Part shown: positions 25,468-34,361 of the stretch, one piece after another
Numbering within the stretch: the first letter of the stretch is position 1
Layout of the letters: the number at the start of each line of letters is the position of its first letter
Translations under genes and position numbers: made by a program
Virus record (IMG/VR): IMGVR_UViG_3300022906_000004
Span: 1 to 58,641 of that record
Reading direction: 5' to 3' (one strand)
DNA from: a virus
Taxonomy: Duplodnaviria; Caudoviricetes
Length of the DNA: 58,641 nucleotides
The notes under the pieces: generated by a model
The model's database searches: none
Told to the model about the DNA's origin: nothing
What the model saw: the letters and a program-made list of their open reading frames with translations, nothing else

Positions 25468-25903
25468 CCGTCGTCCGCCCCGGACCGTCACGCTGCTTTG
25501 GTGCCCCACTTGCGGTCGAGACGACCGCTTCACCGACATGAAGCGCGGCGCAGGACGGCACTTCGCCTCCGACGGCAAGTGCCCCGGCGAACCCGAGGAG
25601 ATCTCCTACATGATCCCTCGCGTGCCCGAACCGCTGCCCGTCTCGTCCGGCGACGGCACGAACGAGCTGGACCGCCTGGTCTCCGTCCTGCGGGTAAGCG
25701 TGATCGTCACCCCGGCGTTACATCACATCGGCAGGCCGAACGAGACCAGCACCCGGGCCGAAAGGGTCATGCGGCTGGAAGCCAGTCACGCCGAACAGCT
25801 GGCGGTCATGATCGGTATTCACGGCCCTGCCATGGCGAGCGCGCTCGGCGAGATGATCGCCCCGCACCCACGCCCCAACCCGCACGATGGGTGGCTGCGA
25901 TGA
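25457..25903 (+). CDS. Hypothetical protein with CPTC Zn motif
   Basis: Overlapping neighbours. Confidence 0.65.
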   Translation: MTDSRRPPRTVTLLWCPTCGRDDRFTDMKRGAGRHFASDGKCPGEPEEISYMIPRVPEPLPVSSGDGTNELDRLVSVLRVSVIVTPALHHIGRPNETSTRAERVMRLEASHAEQLAVMIGIHGPAMASALGEMIAPHPRPNPHDGWLR

Positions 25904-26577
25904 CCAACGACCTGGACCGCCTGCTCTCCAACGAGCTGGTTGACGGCCTCCCTGACCCCCAGGACCTCAAACGGGTGGTCAAGGAACGCGTTGCCCTGGC
26001 CTACGCGGACCTCCACGCGGCCCGTGGCGAGGTGTTGAAGCCGGAGGATACCTTCGACCTGCACCGGCGCCTGCAGGCCACCAGAGAGCAGATGGACGGC
26101 TACGCGCGCGGCTTCAAGGAAGTGGCGACGCTGATCGGCCAACTGCAGGAGGAAGAGCTGGTCGAGGCGGTCGGCGAACAGGACGGCATCCCGACGTCCG
26201 GCCTCACCATCCCCACCGCCGGTGGCGACATCGTGGTCAAGCCGTCGTTCAAGCGGGTGAACGACATCGAACCCGACCAGGTGCGGGCCGCGATCGTGCA
26301 CGGCATCACCGAGGCGTGGATCGAGCCGGTCGAGCACGCCGCCGTCCACTCAGCTGACCTCCTGGAGGACCGTCTGCGGGAGATGCTCGAACAGGCGCTG
26401 TCCATGCTCGTGGCCACCGGAAAGTGGGAACCCCAGGTCTCCAAACTGAAGGCCACGGCCGCCGAGTGGGCGCGGAACGGCCACGACGACCTGGCGGCCA
26501 GGCTCATAAAAGCGCACAAGGTCCGCCAGCGCTATGAGGACAAGGTGGACGTCACCAGGAAGGCGCCGAAGACATGA
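25900..26577 (+). CDS. Hypothetical protein
   Basis: ATGA overlap; helical. Confidence 0.75.
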   Translation: MTNDLDRLLSNELVDGLPDPQDLKRVVKERVALAYADLHAARGEVLKPEDTFDLHRRLQATREQMDGYARGFKEVATLIGQLQEEELVEAVGEQDGIPTSGLTIPTAGGDIVVKPSFKRVNDIEPDQVRAAIVHGITEAWIEPVEHAAVHSADLLEDRLREMLEQALSMLVATGKWEPQVSKLKATAAEWARNGHDDLAARLIKAHKVRQRYEDKVDVTRKAPKT

Positions 26578-27080
26578 ACCCCACCCAGGCGGCGATCACG
26601 CGGGCACTCGGGCTGGCGGTGATCCTCGACGTCGAGCACACGCCGGAGGAGCTACACAAGGCGTTCCGCGCGGTCCGGCACGAGCTGCGCACCCTGCAGG
26701 GCATTCACGTCCCGCAGGCGCCGGAGCGCCCGTCCGAACTGAAGTCGGCCCGGACCGGGCGGGCGACCCAGCCGGGGAGCCTGCGGCACAAGATCCTGGG
26801 CGCTCTCACGTTCCACCCCATGGCGGACTTCGAGATCGTGACGGAGTTGCGGCGCGACGCGCAGGCGCCCAGCCTGCACGACGTCCAGCGGCGTCGCCAC
26901 GAGCTGATGGCCGCCGGATGGGTGGAACCCGCGCTGCTGGGCAACAGGGTGCGCAAGGTGGTGCAGCCGTCTACGCGGCGGGAGTGCACGGTGTATCAGC
27001 TGACGGACCTGGGGATGGCCGCGTTGCGGCGCCTGCGGTCGGGTCAGCAGGCGCTGTTCCCGCTGTCGGGGGCGTCCTGA
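26574..27080 (+). CDS. Putative winged-helix DNA-binding protein
   Basis: RRRHELMAAGWVE..VYQLTDLG wing motif. Confidence 0.6.
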   Translation: MNPTQAAITRALGLAVILDVEHTPEELHKAFRAVRHELRTLQGIHVPQAPERPSELKSARTGRATQPGSLRHKILGALTFHPMADFEIVTELRRDAQAPSLHDVQRRRHELMAAGWVEPALLGNRVRKVVQPSTRRECTVYQLTDLGMAALRRLRSGQQALFPLSGAS

Positions 27081-27211
27081 TGTTCCGGGACGAGGTACTG
27101 GGGTGGGCGGCCACGGTCGGGCCGGGCGTGGTGTGGACGTTGGCGCTGCAGTTCGCGGTGATGCTACTGGCGGTGTGCCTGGCCTGCTGGAATGACGTGG
27201 ATAACGAGTAG
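27080..27211 (+). CDS. Small membrane protein
   Basis: TGATG overlap; hydrophobic. Confidence 0.55.
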   Translation: MFRDEVLGWAATVGPGVVWTLALQFAVMLLAVCLACWNDVDNE

Positions 27212-27222
27212 GTCACGACCAC

Positions 27223-27296
27223 TTGACACCCACGCTCGCCATGGGTAATGTTCTCCCTGTCAGCAGGAACAACCCCCCGAGGGAAGGACCAAGATC
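27223..27296 (+). promoter_or_regulatory. Conserved promoter/operator/leader element
   Basis: TTGACA-17-TAATGT..GGAACAAC..GAAGGACCAAGATC-ATG. Confidence 0.85.
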
Positions 27297-27722
27297 ATGG
27301 CGAACGAACTGCAGGTCGGCCAGTACGTAGTCGGACAGCTCAACCGCGCGGACGGCAACCACGTCCCCTTCCGGGGTCGCGTCGCCTCCACCCACGCCGC
27401 CAACCTGAACGGCTTCGCCATCGCCATGGTCGTCGTCGACTGCACCGACGGCCGCCGCCGCCAGGCCTTCGCCACCGACGTGAAGGCGCTCCCGCAGGTC
27501 ACCGCCCGCGAAGCCGTTCCCGGAACCCGTATCGACCTGCCGCACACCGGCTACGTCGGCCACCGCCCGGTCGTCGGTGCCACCACTGTCTACGTCCGCC
27601 AGTGGACCAAGGCAGACGGCCCGTACGCCAACCTGATGGCCAGCGACACCCCCGACGGTCCCGCCACCTACCGGGGCATGTTCCTCGCCGACCAGTGGCT
27701 GCAGCTGGGCGACTGGGCCTGA
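27297..27722 (+). CDS. Hypothetical protein (cassette gene)
   Basis: ATG positioned by the leader. Confidence 0.8.
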   Translation: MANELQVGQYVVGQLNRADGNHVPFRGRVASTHAANLNGFAIAMVVVDCTDGRRRQAFATDVKALPQVTAREAVPGTRIDLPHTGYVGHRPVVGATTVYVRQWTKADGPYANLMASDTPDGPATYRGMFLADQWLQLGDWA

Positions 27723-27735
27723 CGGACACCGCAGT

Positions 27736-27768
27736 AACGGAACAACTCCACAGAGAGAAGGACCCGAG
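27736..27768 (+). promoter_or_regulatory. Leader element without promoter
   Basis: AACGGAACAACTCCACAGAGAGAAGGACCCGAG identical to the leader before 2241. Confidence 0.8.
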
Positions 27769-27951
27769 ATGTTCGAGCCCATGTACCGACGCCCCGCCAA
27801 GAACGGCGACGAGCAGGACGCCTTCAGTCGCAAGGCCCGCAAGCACCTGGCCTGCCTGCAGCGCGCTGGCGTCGTCCACGCCACCAAGCGCGTCGCCGCC
27901 CGCCGGGACCGCAGGACCAACCGCCAGAACCTGCGGCAGTTCGCCATCTGA
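27769..27951 (+). CDS. Small basic protein
   Basis: ATG positioned by the leader; GDEQDAFSR. Confidence 0.7.
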   Translation: MFEPMYRRPAKNGDEQDAFSRKARKHLACLQRAGVVHATKRVAARRDRRTNRQNLRQFAI

Positions 27952-27956
27952 CACGA

Positions 27957-27993
27957 GAGAGCCCCCGCCAGTGACCAACTGACGGGGGCTCTC
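27957..27993. terminator. Stem-loop between convergent operons
   Basis: GAGAGCCCCCG..CGGGGGCTCTC inverted repeat. Confidence 0.7.
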
Positions 27994-28042
27994 CCACGTA
28001 CACCCGATGTCCGACCGCTGATGACGATCAGGCGCCACGATA

Positions 28043-28408
28043 TCACCCAGCGCGGAACCCCCGCTGCGCTGGCGGCAACGGGCCATCGGGGCCGTTGCCC
28101 TCGAAGGTCTCCACCGTGGAGCGCAGCACCTGACCCTCCACGTACTGCGGCGCCGTGTTCGCGCCGATCACCAGCCGCGTCAGCCACGCGGGCAGGCGCG
28201 GCTCCAGCCAGCGAACCACCGCGTACCACGCCAGCGTCACGCCGCCGACCACGGCGGCCAGGATGTACGGGTTCGCCAGTAGCTCGTGCACCGCCGGGGC
28301 GCGGGTGGCCAGGAACGTCAGCAGGTAGCCCCACAGCAGCGGGACGCCGGTGCGGATCCACGACAGGCCCCAGTCGCGCACGCTCTGGGGTGTCTCGGGT
28401 GTCGTCAT
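28043..28408 (-). CDS. Holin-like membrane protein
   Basis: SWIRTGVPLLWGYLL, WYAVVRWLE..P.Y pattern; two TM helices; end of the late operon. Confidence 0.7.
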   Translation of the reverse strand: MTTPETPQSVRDWGLSWIRTGVPLLWGYLLTFLATRAPAVHELLANPYILAAVVGGVTLAWYAVVRWLEPRLPAWLTRLVIGANTAPQYVEGQVLRSTVETFEGNGPDGPLPPAQRGFRAG

Positions 28409-28422
28409 CGTCTCCTCCTCGT

Positions 28423-28773
28423 TCAGCGGGCCAGCTGGCCCGTCTCGCGTTCGGCTCGGATCGCGGCGGCCACGGCGGCCACCAGCTCGGGGTCTACGCG
28501 CGGCTGCTCGGCGACCTCCAGCGGCACCCGGCCTGGGCACGGCCACTCTTTGTCGCAGCCCCCGCACAGGTCCGGCACGCCGGGGTCCTCGACGATGCGC
28601 AGGAAGTGCGCCACGCCGTCGTCGTCCACGTTCTCGCCGACCACCGGTACGGTGCGCGCGTCACGCCCGCTGCCGACCACGGTCAGCACGTCTGTCAGGT
28701 CGGTGTCGTCGGGGGCAGGCTCGGGATACAGCTCATTCACGTGGTCAACGGCCGGGTCACGGTCGGCGGTCAT
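28423..28773 (-). CDS. Hypothetical protein
   Basis: ATG after GAGGAAG; CGGC..WPC. Confidence 0.65.
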   Translation of the reverse strand: MTADRDPAVDHVNELYPEPAPDDTDLTDVLTVVGSGRDARTVPVVGENVDDDGVAHFLRIVEDPGVPDLCGGCDKEWPCPGRVPLEVAEQPRVDPELVAAVAAAIRAERETGQLAR

Positions 28774-28803
28774 TAGGTCACTTCCTCGCAGTCGTCGGGG
28801 CGG

Positions 28804-29349
28804 TCAGTCCAGCAGTTCGGCGCACGCGTCGCGCGGAGCCTCGGGCAGCGGGTTACTCGACTGGGTCTTGCGCTGCTCGGCGCGCGCCTTCTGGTGCGCC
28901 TCGACCGCGCTGCGGACACGCTCCTGGCCTTCGGCGGGGATGTCGTCGTAGGCGTCGAGTACGGCCTGGAAAACCGCGTCGAGCTGGTTGGCGGCGTCGG
29001 TGTTGGCTTCCCGGGTGGCGCTGAGCGTGTCGGCCAGGGCGTTGCTGTAGCCCGCCACGCACGCGGTGAGCCTGTCCTGGTTCCGACTCATGATGAAACC
29101 CATGGAGGCCGTCACCAGGCCGATCACTACCACGGCCCCCGCTATTGAGATCAGCGTCCCGCGACCCGGGTGCCACGGGCGCGGCCGTTCGTCGGGCCCT
29201 TCCGCCCCGGCGTCGGGGGCGCCCTCCTCGGTGCTCATCTGCTCCTCGATTCGGATTGTGGCACGGGTCAGTCGACCTCCGAGGTAGCCCAGAAACAGGC
29301 AGGCGAGGTTCGAGCCGACCAGCACCAGAATGAGGTCTGGAGTGCTCAC
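28804..29349 (-). CDS. Membrane protein (lysis region)
   Basis: Two TM helices followed by a Cys-flanked helical domain. Confidence 0.7.
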   Translation of the reverse strand: MSTPDLILVLVGSNLACLFLGYLGGRLTRATIRIEEQMSTEEGAPDAGAEGPDERPRPWHPGRGTLISIAGAVVVIGLVTASMGFIMSRNQDRLTACVAGYSNALADTLSATREANTDAANQLDAVFQAVLDAYDDIPAEGQERVRSAVEAHQKARAEQRKTQSSNPLPEAPRDACAELLD

Positions 29350-29585
29350 TGTGCATCCTCTCCCCGGTCAGCGCTGCCACTGTCGCCGTTGCTGCGGGAG
29401 CGCCCTACCGTGATACCGAACGAGGCGCCGATGACCGTAGCCAGGAGGCCGGTCACCACCAGCAGTGGAGCACTGTTGGCCGGGTCACGCAACGCGGCCA
29501 CCACGGTAGCCAGCCATCCGAGCGCCACCACCACGGCCAGGAAGATCAAGACGGGGCGAGGGAGCAGCGGGTCTCGGCGGTTCAC
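29346..29585 (-). CDS. Small membrane protein (lysis region)
   Basis: Two TM helices; GAGGT RBS. Confidence 0.7.
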   Translation of the reverse strand: MNRRDPLLPRPVLIFLAVVVALGWLATVVAALRDPANSAPLLVVTGLLATVIGASFGITVGRSRSNGDSGSADRGEDAQ

Positions 29586-29671
29586 CTCGGGTACCTCCAG
29601 TGATCTGGACCTCTACGCCCCCACGGGTAGGTGGTCGGGAATTGCGTTCTCGTCAGCCCGGAAATGGGCGA

Positions 29672-29989
29672 CTACTGCTCCTGACTGTATTTCATGATGA
29701 ACTCGTCCGCCTTCACCACCTCGGGGTTGCCTGCCCACGTCTCGCCTGGAGGGAAAGTGCCGCCGTTTACCAGCCAGTCGCCCACGTTGAGCGTGTAGCC
29801 AGGAGCAACGGTGATCGTGCTGGCCTCTGGGTCGTGGACAAACGGTGGCCGTGTCTCGTGCTCGTATCCCGGGCGCGGCGGGGGCGGCTGCGGGAACCAC
29901 GCCAGATGGAAGGCTCGACACTCCTCGACGTTGGACCCGTTCCACTGCTCCGCCGCATAAGTGGGCGTATTTGCTTTACACGTGATCAC
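29672..29989 (-). CDS. Hypothetical protein after tail genes
   Basis: GAAAGGG RBS; AEQWNGSN, VGDWLV. Confidence 0.65.
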   Translation of the reverse strand: MITCKANTPTYAAEQWNGSNVEECRAFHLAWFPQPPPPRPGYEHETRPPFVHDPEASTITVAPGYTLNVGDWLVNGGTFPPGETWAGNPEVVKADEFIMKYSQEQ

Positions 29990-30004
29990 TGTTTCCCTTT
30001 CGCA

Positions 30005-30796
30005 TTACGGCCTGGAGAATGGCGAATACATTCGGCAATGGTAGGGCCTAGGGGTGATCCCTCCCGTGCCGCCGGTCTTCCACATATGCCATTCGACGTT
30101 CACGTAATCGGAGACGTCGAGGATACTTTTCGCGTCCACGATCCACTGCCTGTTACCGCCTCCGCTCCCGGACACGGTGGCGGTGTTGAGAGTGACGCCG
30201 CCACCCGATACACGCAGGTAGGTAGACCAGGTGGGCGTGCCACCGGCCGTACCCCACGCCACGCTGACGTCCACCTGCGTGCCGGTCAGGTTGCCTGAAC
30301 CGGAGAACACCACGACGTCCGAACCGATCTGCACGCCGTTGGGGTCGATAGTCTCGCGCTGGTAGAGCACCAGCGCGGCGTCCGGGTACGCGCGCCCCCC
30401 GTTGAAGCCCTCGGCGTAGACCAGCTTCCCATCGGCGTCGTGCATGTAGACCCGCTGGCGGAGCGGCTCCCCCGCCACGGGGTCGAAGTCGTAGAGCGTG
30501 AACACCTGCGTGTGGCTCGGATCGTCACGCCAGAAGACGATGCCGCGTTGCGGGAGCGGGTTGCCGAAGTCGTCTGTCAGGTTGCGATCGTCGGGGGAGA
30601 ACTCGCCGAACCACGCGTAGTCACTGCCGTAGTTGCCTCGGAAGCGGGTGAGGCCCCGGTCGATAACGGAGTCCACGAGCGGGTTGTTGCGCATCACCTG
30701 GTCCGCGATGCGGCGGGTCTCGGCGACGGCATCCACGATGGTGGACTCGCGCGGCGTGTAGACCCCCTGCAGGGATCTGGGGTCTACGTCAACCAC
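30005..30796 (-). CDS. Minor tail protein
   Basis: Position; beta-rich Gly/Thr C-terminus. Confidence 0.7.
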   Translation of the reverse strand: MVDVDPRSLQGVYTPRESTIVDAVAETRRIADQVMRNNPLVDSVIDRGLTRFRGNYGSDYAWFGEFSPDDRNLTDDFGNPLPQRGIVFWRDDPSHTQVFTLYDFDPVAGEPLRQRVYMHDADGKLVYAEGFNGGRAYPDAALVLYQRETIDPNGVQIGSDVVVFSGSGNLTGTQVDVSVAWGTAGGTPTWSTYLRVSGGGVTLNTATVSGSGGGNRQWIVDAKSILDVSDYVNVEWHMWKTGGTGGITPRPYHCRMYSPFSRP

Positions 30797-32354
30797 CCTG
30801 CACCGTGTCCCCTCCACCGGCTAGCACGAGCTTCACGGTCTCACTGTTGGGGCCCTCAGGGGGCGTGACCGTCCACCCCATTATGCGCGTGCGGTAGGTG
30901 ACGTCCCGGTCGCCGTTGGGTCCGTCGGAGTTTGTCCAGTCATCGGTGCTGAACAGCGCGTCGTCACCCAGGGCGTACGTGCCGAAGTATGGAGGCTTGT
31001 CGCCGCGCACCTCGACGGCGTCAAGGTACTGCTCGTTGGCGTAGGTCTGGACGAGTTCACTGATCACGTAGGCCTGCAGGGTGTCGGCCCGGGACACGTC
31101 GGGGTTGCTGTACCGGGCCTCGGTGATCAGGAAGCCGTTCGCCCAGTCGCTGCTATTGGTCGCCAGCGCGCGCAACGCGTCCGTGTCGTATCCGGCGCCC
31201 TGCCCCCACATGGCGTTGGCGACACCCTCGCCGTTGTAGATCGGGTTGGCGTCGATCACGTTGCCCTGACCGCTCACTCGGTAGACGAACCGGGGTATCT
31301 CGTCCTCGCCGTACACGCGGCCCAGGCGCGGGTAGCCCATCACGTACTGGCACCGGAAGCTGACCGCGTCGATGGCCGTGGCGCCCTCGTTCAGGCGCAC
31401 AGAGGTATACCAGTCGTAGCCGTCGTCCACCTTGCTGCGGTCCTGGTGAGCGGTCAGCAGGTTGGTCTGCTGGTCGCGCTTGTAGGCGAAGTCGTGCACG
31501 CGGAGGGTCATGGCGGTGGGCGGATCGATGTTGATCCACCCGGGCCACAGGTTGATCACCTCGACGACGTCGCCGGTTTGCGACAGGGTGCTGAGTGCTG
31601 GCGTCACCACGATGGCCCACAGGCCGCCGCCGTCGACGAGCTGCGTGACGTTGAAGATGCTGACCAGTCCGCTGGCGTCGGTGCGGTAGCTGCCGTCCAG
31701 CGCCCGCACGCGCACGTACCCGCCCAGCGGGATGTCCTGGGCGTCGGCCGCTGCGACGACCACCCGGTCCACGCTGCCCGCGTTGACTGTCGCCGTCGCC
31801 GTGCCGTACGTCGAGGGTGGCCCGATCTGGGAGAAGCGGTCCGGCGTGAGCAGGTCCTGCACGATCTCTGTCCGGTCGGCCTGCGCCCACACGAGGTCGC
31901 CGCCCGCCATCGGGCCGGTGATCAGCCGTCGCGACCAGCCAAACTCGACGGTGCGCGCCGTGATCTCCCAGCGGCCAGTGCCAGGGACAGGCTTGCGCTC
32001 CCACACCGTCCCGTGCCAGACGGCGGTGTGCTCCCACTGGTCGGTGTCTTCGTTCACGAGGACGGACCGGACGACCACGATGCCGGTCTTGCGAGGCAGT
32101 ACCAGCTCCCAGGGGTTCATGGAGCGCACGTCGGCGTCAGCCAGCTGCAGGGAGCACTTGAGCTCTCCGACGCCCTTCAAGACCTGCGAATAAGCCACGC
32201 CCGACAGCGGCAGGGGCGCGTTGCTGATCACGGTCGGGTCGCCCCGGTAGTAGCTGACTGGCCAGTAGCTGTAGCTGACCACCTGTTCCTCAGGCAGGTC
32301 GTAACTGCTGGCCGCCGCCGCTGCGGCCAGTCCCAGGGTCTGCGGGCCGGTCAC
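30789..32354 (-). CDS. Minor tail protein (Tal/hub-like)
   Basis: Position; AVWHGTVW, YPRLGR, GTYALGDD..RIMGWTV pattern. Confidence 0.8.
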   Translation of the reverse strand: MTGPQTLGLAAAAAASSYDLPEEQVVSYSYWPVSYYRGDPTVISNAPLPLSGVAYSQVLKGVGELKCSLQLADADVRSMNPWELVLPRKTGIVVVRSVLVNEDTDQWEHTAVWHGTVWERKPVPGTGRWEITARTVEFGWSRRLITGPMAGGDLVWAQADRTEIVQDLLTPDRFSQIGPPSTYGTATATVNAGSVDRVVVAAADAQDIPLGGYVRVRALDGSYRTDASGLVSIFNVTQLVDGGGLWAIVVTPALSTLSQTGDVVEVINLWPGWINIDPPTAMTLRVHDFAYKRDQQTNLLTAHQDRSKVDDGYDWYTSVRLNEGATAIDAVSFRCQYVMGYPRLGRVYGEDEIPRFVYRVSGQGNVIDANPIYNGEGVANAMWGQGAGYDTDALRALATNSSDWANGFLITEARYSNPDVSRADTLQAYVISELVQTYANEQYLDAVEVRGDKPPYFGTYALGDDALFSTDDWTNSDGPNGDRDVTYRTRIMGWTVTPPEGPNSETVKLVLAGGGDTVQGG

Positions 32355-33436
32355 GCGGGCACCATCTCCACCGTGAGTGTCGAGGTGTTCAGCGCGTCCA
32401 GCGCGAACACGCGCATAGCCTGCACACTCGCCGAGTTACGTGCGTGCAGGCGGATCGTGTGGGCGCCGGTGAGCACGCCGGTGTGCGCGGTCGGCACGAT
32501 CGCCGTGGGGGACGCCTGGCTGGCACCCCGGTCCACGCTGTATGAGTTGCCTCGGCTGATCGCGTTCGTCTGAAAGTCCGTCGAGTCGAGCGTCACCGAA
32601 GCTGAGATCGGGTTGTTGGGCTGGTTGGCGTTGACCATCGCCCAGTCGATCGAGCCGGATGTGCGCACCTTGTACGCGAACAGCGGGTCAGGCACGGACA
32701 CGCTGGCGATGATCGCCTGCGCGGACGCGTTGAGCGGGTTCACGGCCGTGATGCCGGGCATGGCGAACGCCCAGCCGCTGCAGCCGCGCCAGGCCGCGCC
32801 ATCCCACACGCGCAGGCGCGGCGGGTACACGCCAAGCGCGTTCAGTAGCTGCGTCTCCCCGATCATGGTCCCGTTGTCGGCGACCTGGTTGTTGAACGGC
32901 TGATACACCGAGCCCATGACGGCGGTGCGCTTGCGGAGGTCCGCGAGCACGCCGGTCGTGGTGCCAGCGCTCACCGTCACCCGCCACAGGGGCGCGAAGC
33001 TGGACGGCAGCGTGGGGTCGGCGGGGGTGCCAGCGGCTGGCGTGCCCTGAACCACCGCGAGATCCGCCGAGTTCACGACGCCGGTATAGAACGCGTCCTG
33101 CACTCGCACGCCGATAATGTCGATGCGGTTGGTGGTGGGGCTCGACGGCGTCACAGCCAGGGTCTGCCCTGCCGTGTTCAACACCAGGTAGTCGCCACCC
33201 TGGGACGTGAACGTGTTCTCGACGAGTGCGATGCCCTTGCCGATGGTGACGTCCCACAGCGTCATGCTGCTGGCGAACTGGCGGGCGGACTGGCCACCGA
33301 GCACGCCGGATCGCGCGGCCACGTCGCTCGTGCTCAGCGTGGTTGGCAGGAACCGGGCGCTGATCTGGTGCAGTCGATCAGAGCTGGCCGGGTAGGTGCC
33401 AGCCTGCAGGTACGCGGGCGGGTTCAGGATGGCCAT
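32351..33436 (-). CDS. Minor tail protein
   Basis: NRIDIIGVRVQD..VVQGTPA..P.LP..PLWRVTV pattern of actinophage tail proteins. Confidence 0.8.
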   Translation of the reverse strand: MAILNPPAYLQAGTYPASSDRLHQISARFLPTTLSTSDVAARSGVLGGQSARQFASSMTLWDVTIGKGIALVENTFTSQGGDYLVLNTAGQTLAVTPSSPTTNRIDIIGVRVQDAFYTGVVNSADLAVVQGTPAAGTPADPTLPSSFAPLWRVTVSAGTTTGVLADLRKRTAVMGSVYQPFNNQVADNGTMIGETQLLNALGVYPPRLRVWDGAAWRGCSGWAFAMPGITAVNPLNASAQAIIASVSVPDPLFAYKVRTSGSIDWAMVNANQPNNPISASVTLDSTDFQTNAISRGNSYSVDRGASQASPTAIVPTAHTGVLTGAHTIRLHARNSASVQAMRVFALDALNTSTLTVEMVPA

Positions 33437-33440
33437 GGGG

Positions 33441-34361
33441 TTACTCCGAGGTCGAGCGCCAGATGACGCGCAGGTTTGCGGACGGGTCGAATGAGCCGGA
33501 GGAGGCGCGCCACCGGAGGTTGTTGACGCCAGGCACGAGCACCCACGGCCTACCTACCAGGCGGTAGTTCGCGGGGGTCACGCGCCCGGTCCGGGAGTCG
33601 ATGGTCACGACGTCACCGGCGGCGATGTTGCCGACCACCAGGAAGCTACGGCCCGTGGTCTCGTTGTCGATGATCGGGCTGTTGACCGGGCCAGTGATCT
33701 CGAACAGGGGCCAGGCGTCGACATCGCCGGTGTTCTCCGCCTGGCCGATGCCGCCGGGGTTGGTGCTGGCGCCGTAGGTGTAGCTGTACGTCTTCGAGTA
33801 GGTGCGGCCGGACACCGAGTCCACGGGCAGGCCGATGTCCACGAACTCGGGCGGCCCGCTCGACAGCTTGTATGGCGGGTTCGCCGCCACGAGCGAGAAC
33901 CGGATCTGGGTGGCCACGCCGCCCATCGCCGTGCCGTACACGGGGGTGGCGCGGAAGTCGCCCTGCGCCCTGCAGATCATGGCCAGCCGTCGCTCCTGGC
34001 CGAAGTCATACTGCTCCCACACCACGCGCTTGCGCGGGCCCAGCTTGCGCCTGACGGCCGCGATGGCGCGACGGAGCGTCGCAGGGTCCGGCGCGACGAT
34101 GGCGCCCTGCACGGGCAGCATGCGGGGCGCGATGGACTGCGGGCCGTCCAGCCCTCCGTCGCGACCGCCGGAGGTGTCGATAGGCGTGATGAACTCCAGG
34201 CCTTCCCACCCTTCCGGTTCGGCGACCACGATCTGGGTGCCGTCCGGCCAGGTGGTGTTCAGCCAGACATCCGAGGCGTCCGTCACGAAGTCGTCACCGA
34301 GCCGGTATTGGCCTTCCTCGGGAACGGCCGGGAGGTGGGCGTTGGGGTTCGGTGCGGTCAT
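33441..34361 (-). CDS. Distal tail protein (Dit-like)
   Basis: Directly after TMP; NTGDVDAWPLFEITGP, LVPGVN. Confidence 0.8.
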   Translation of the reverse strand: MTAPNPNAHLPAVPEEGQYRLGDDFVTDASDVWLNTTWPDGTQIVVAEPEGWEGLEFITPIDTSGGRDGGLDGPQSIAPRMLPVQGAIVAPDPATLRRAIAAVRRKLGPRKRVVWEQYDFGQERRLAMICRAQGDFRATPVYGTAMGGVATQIRFSLVAANPPYKLSSGPPEFVDIGLPVDSVSGRTYSKTYSYTYGASTNPGGIGQAENTGDVDAWPLFEITGPVNSPIIDNETTGRSFLVVGNIAAGDVVTIDSRTGRVTPANYRLVGRPWVLVPGVNNLRWRASSGSFDPSANLRVIWRSTSE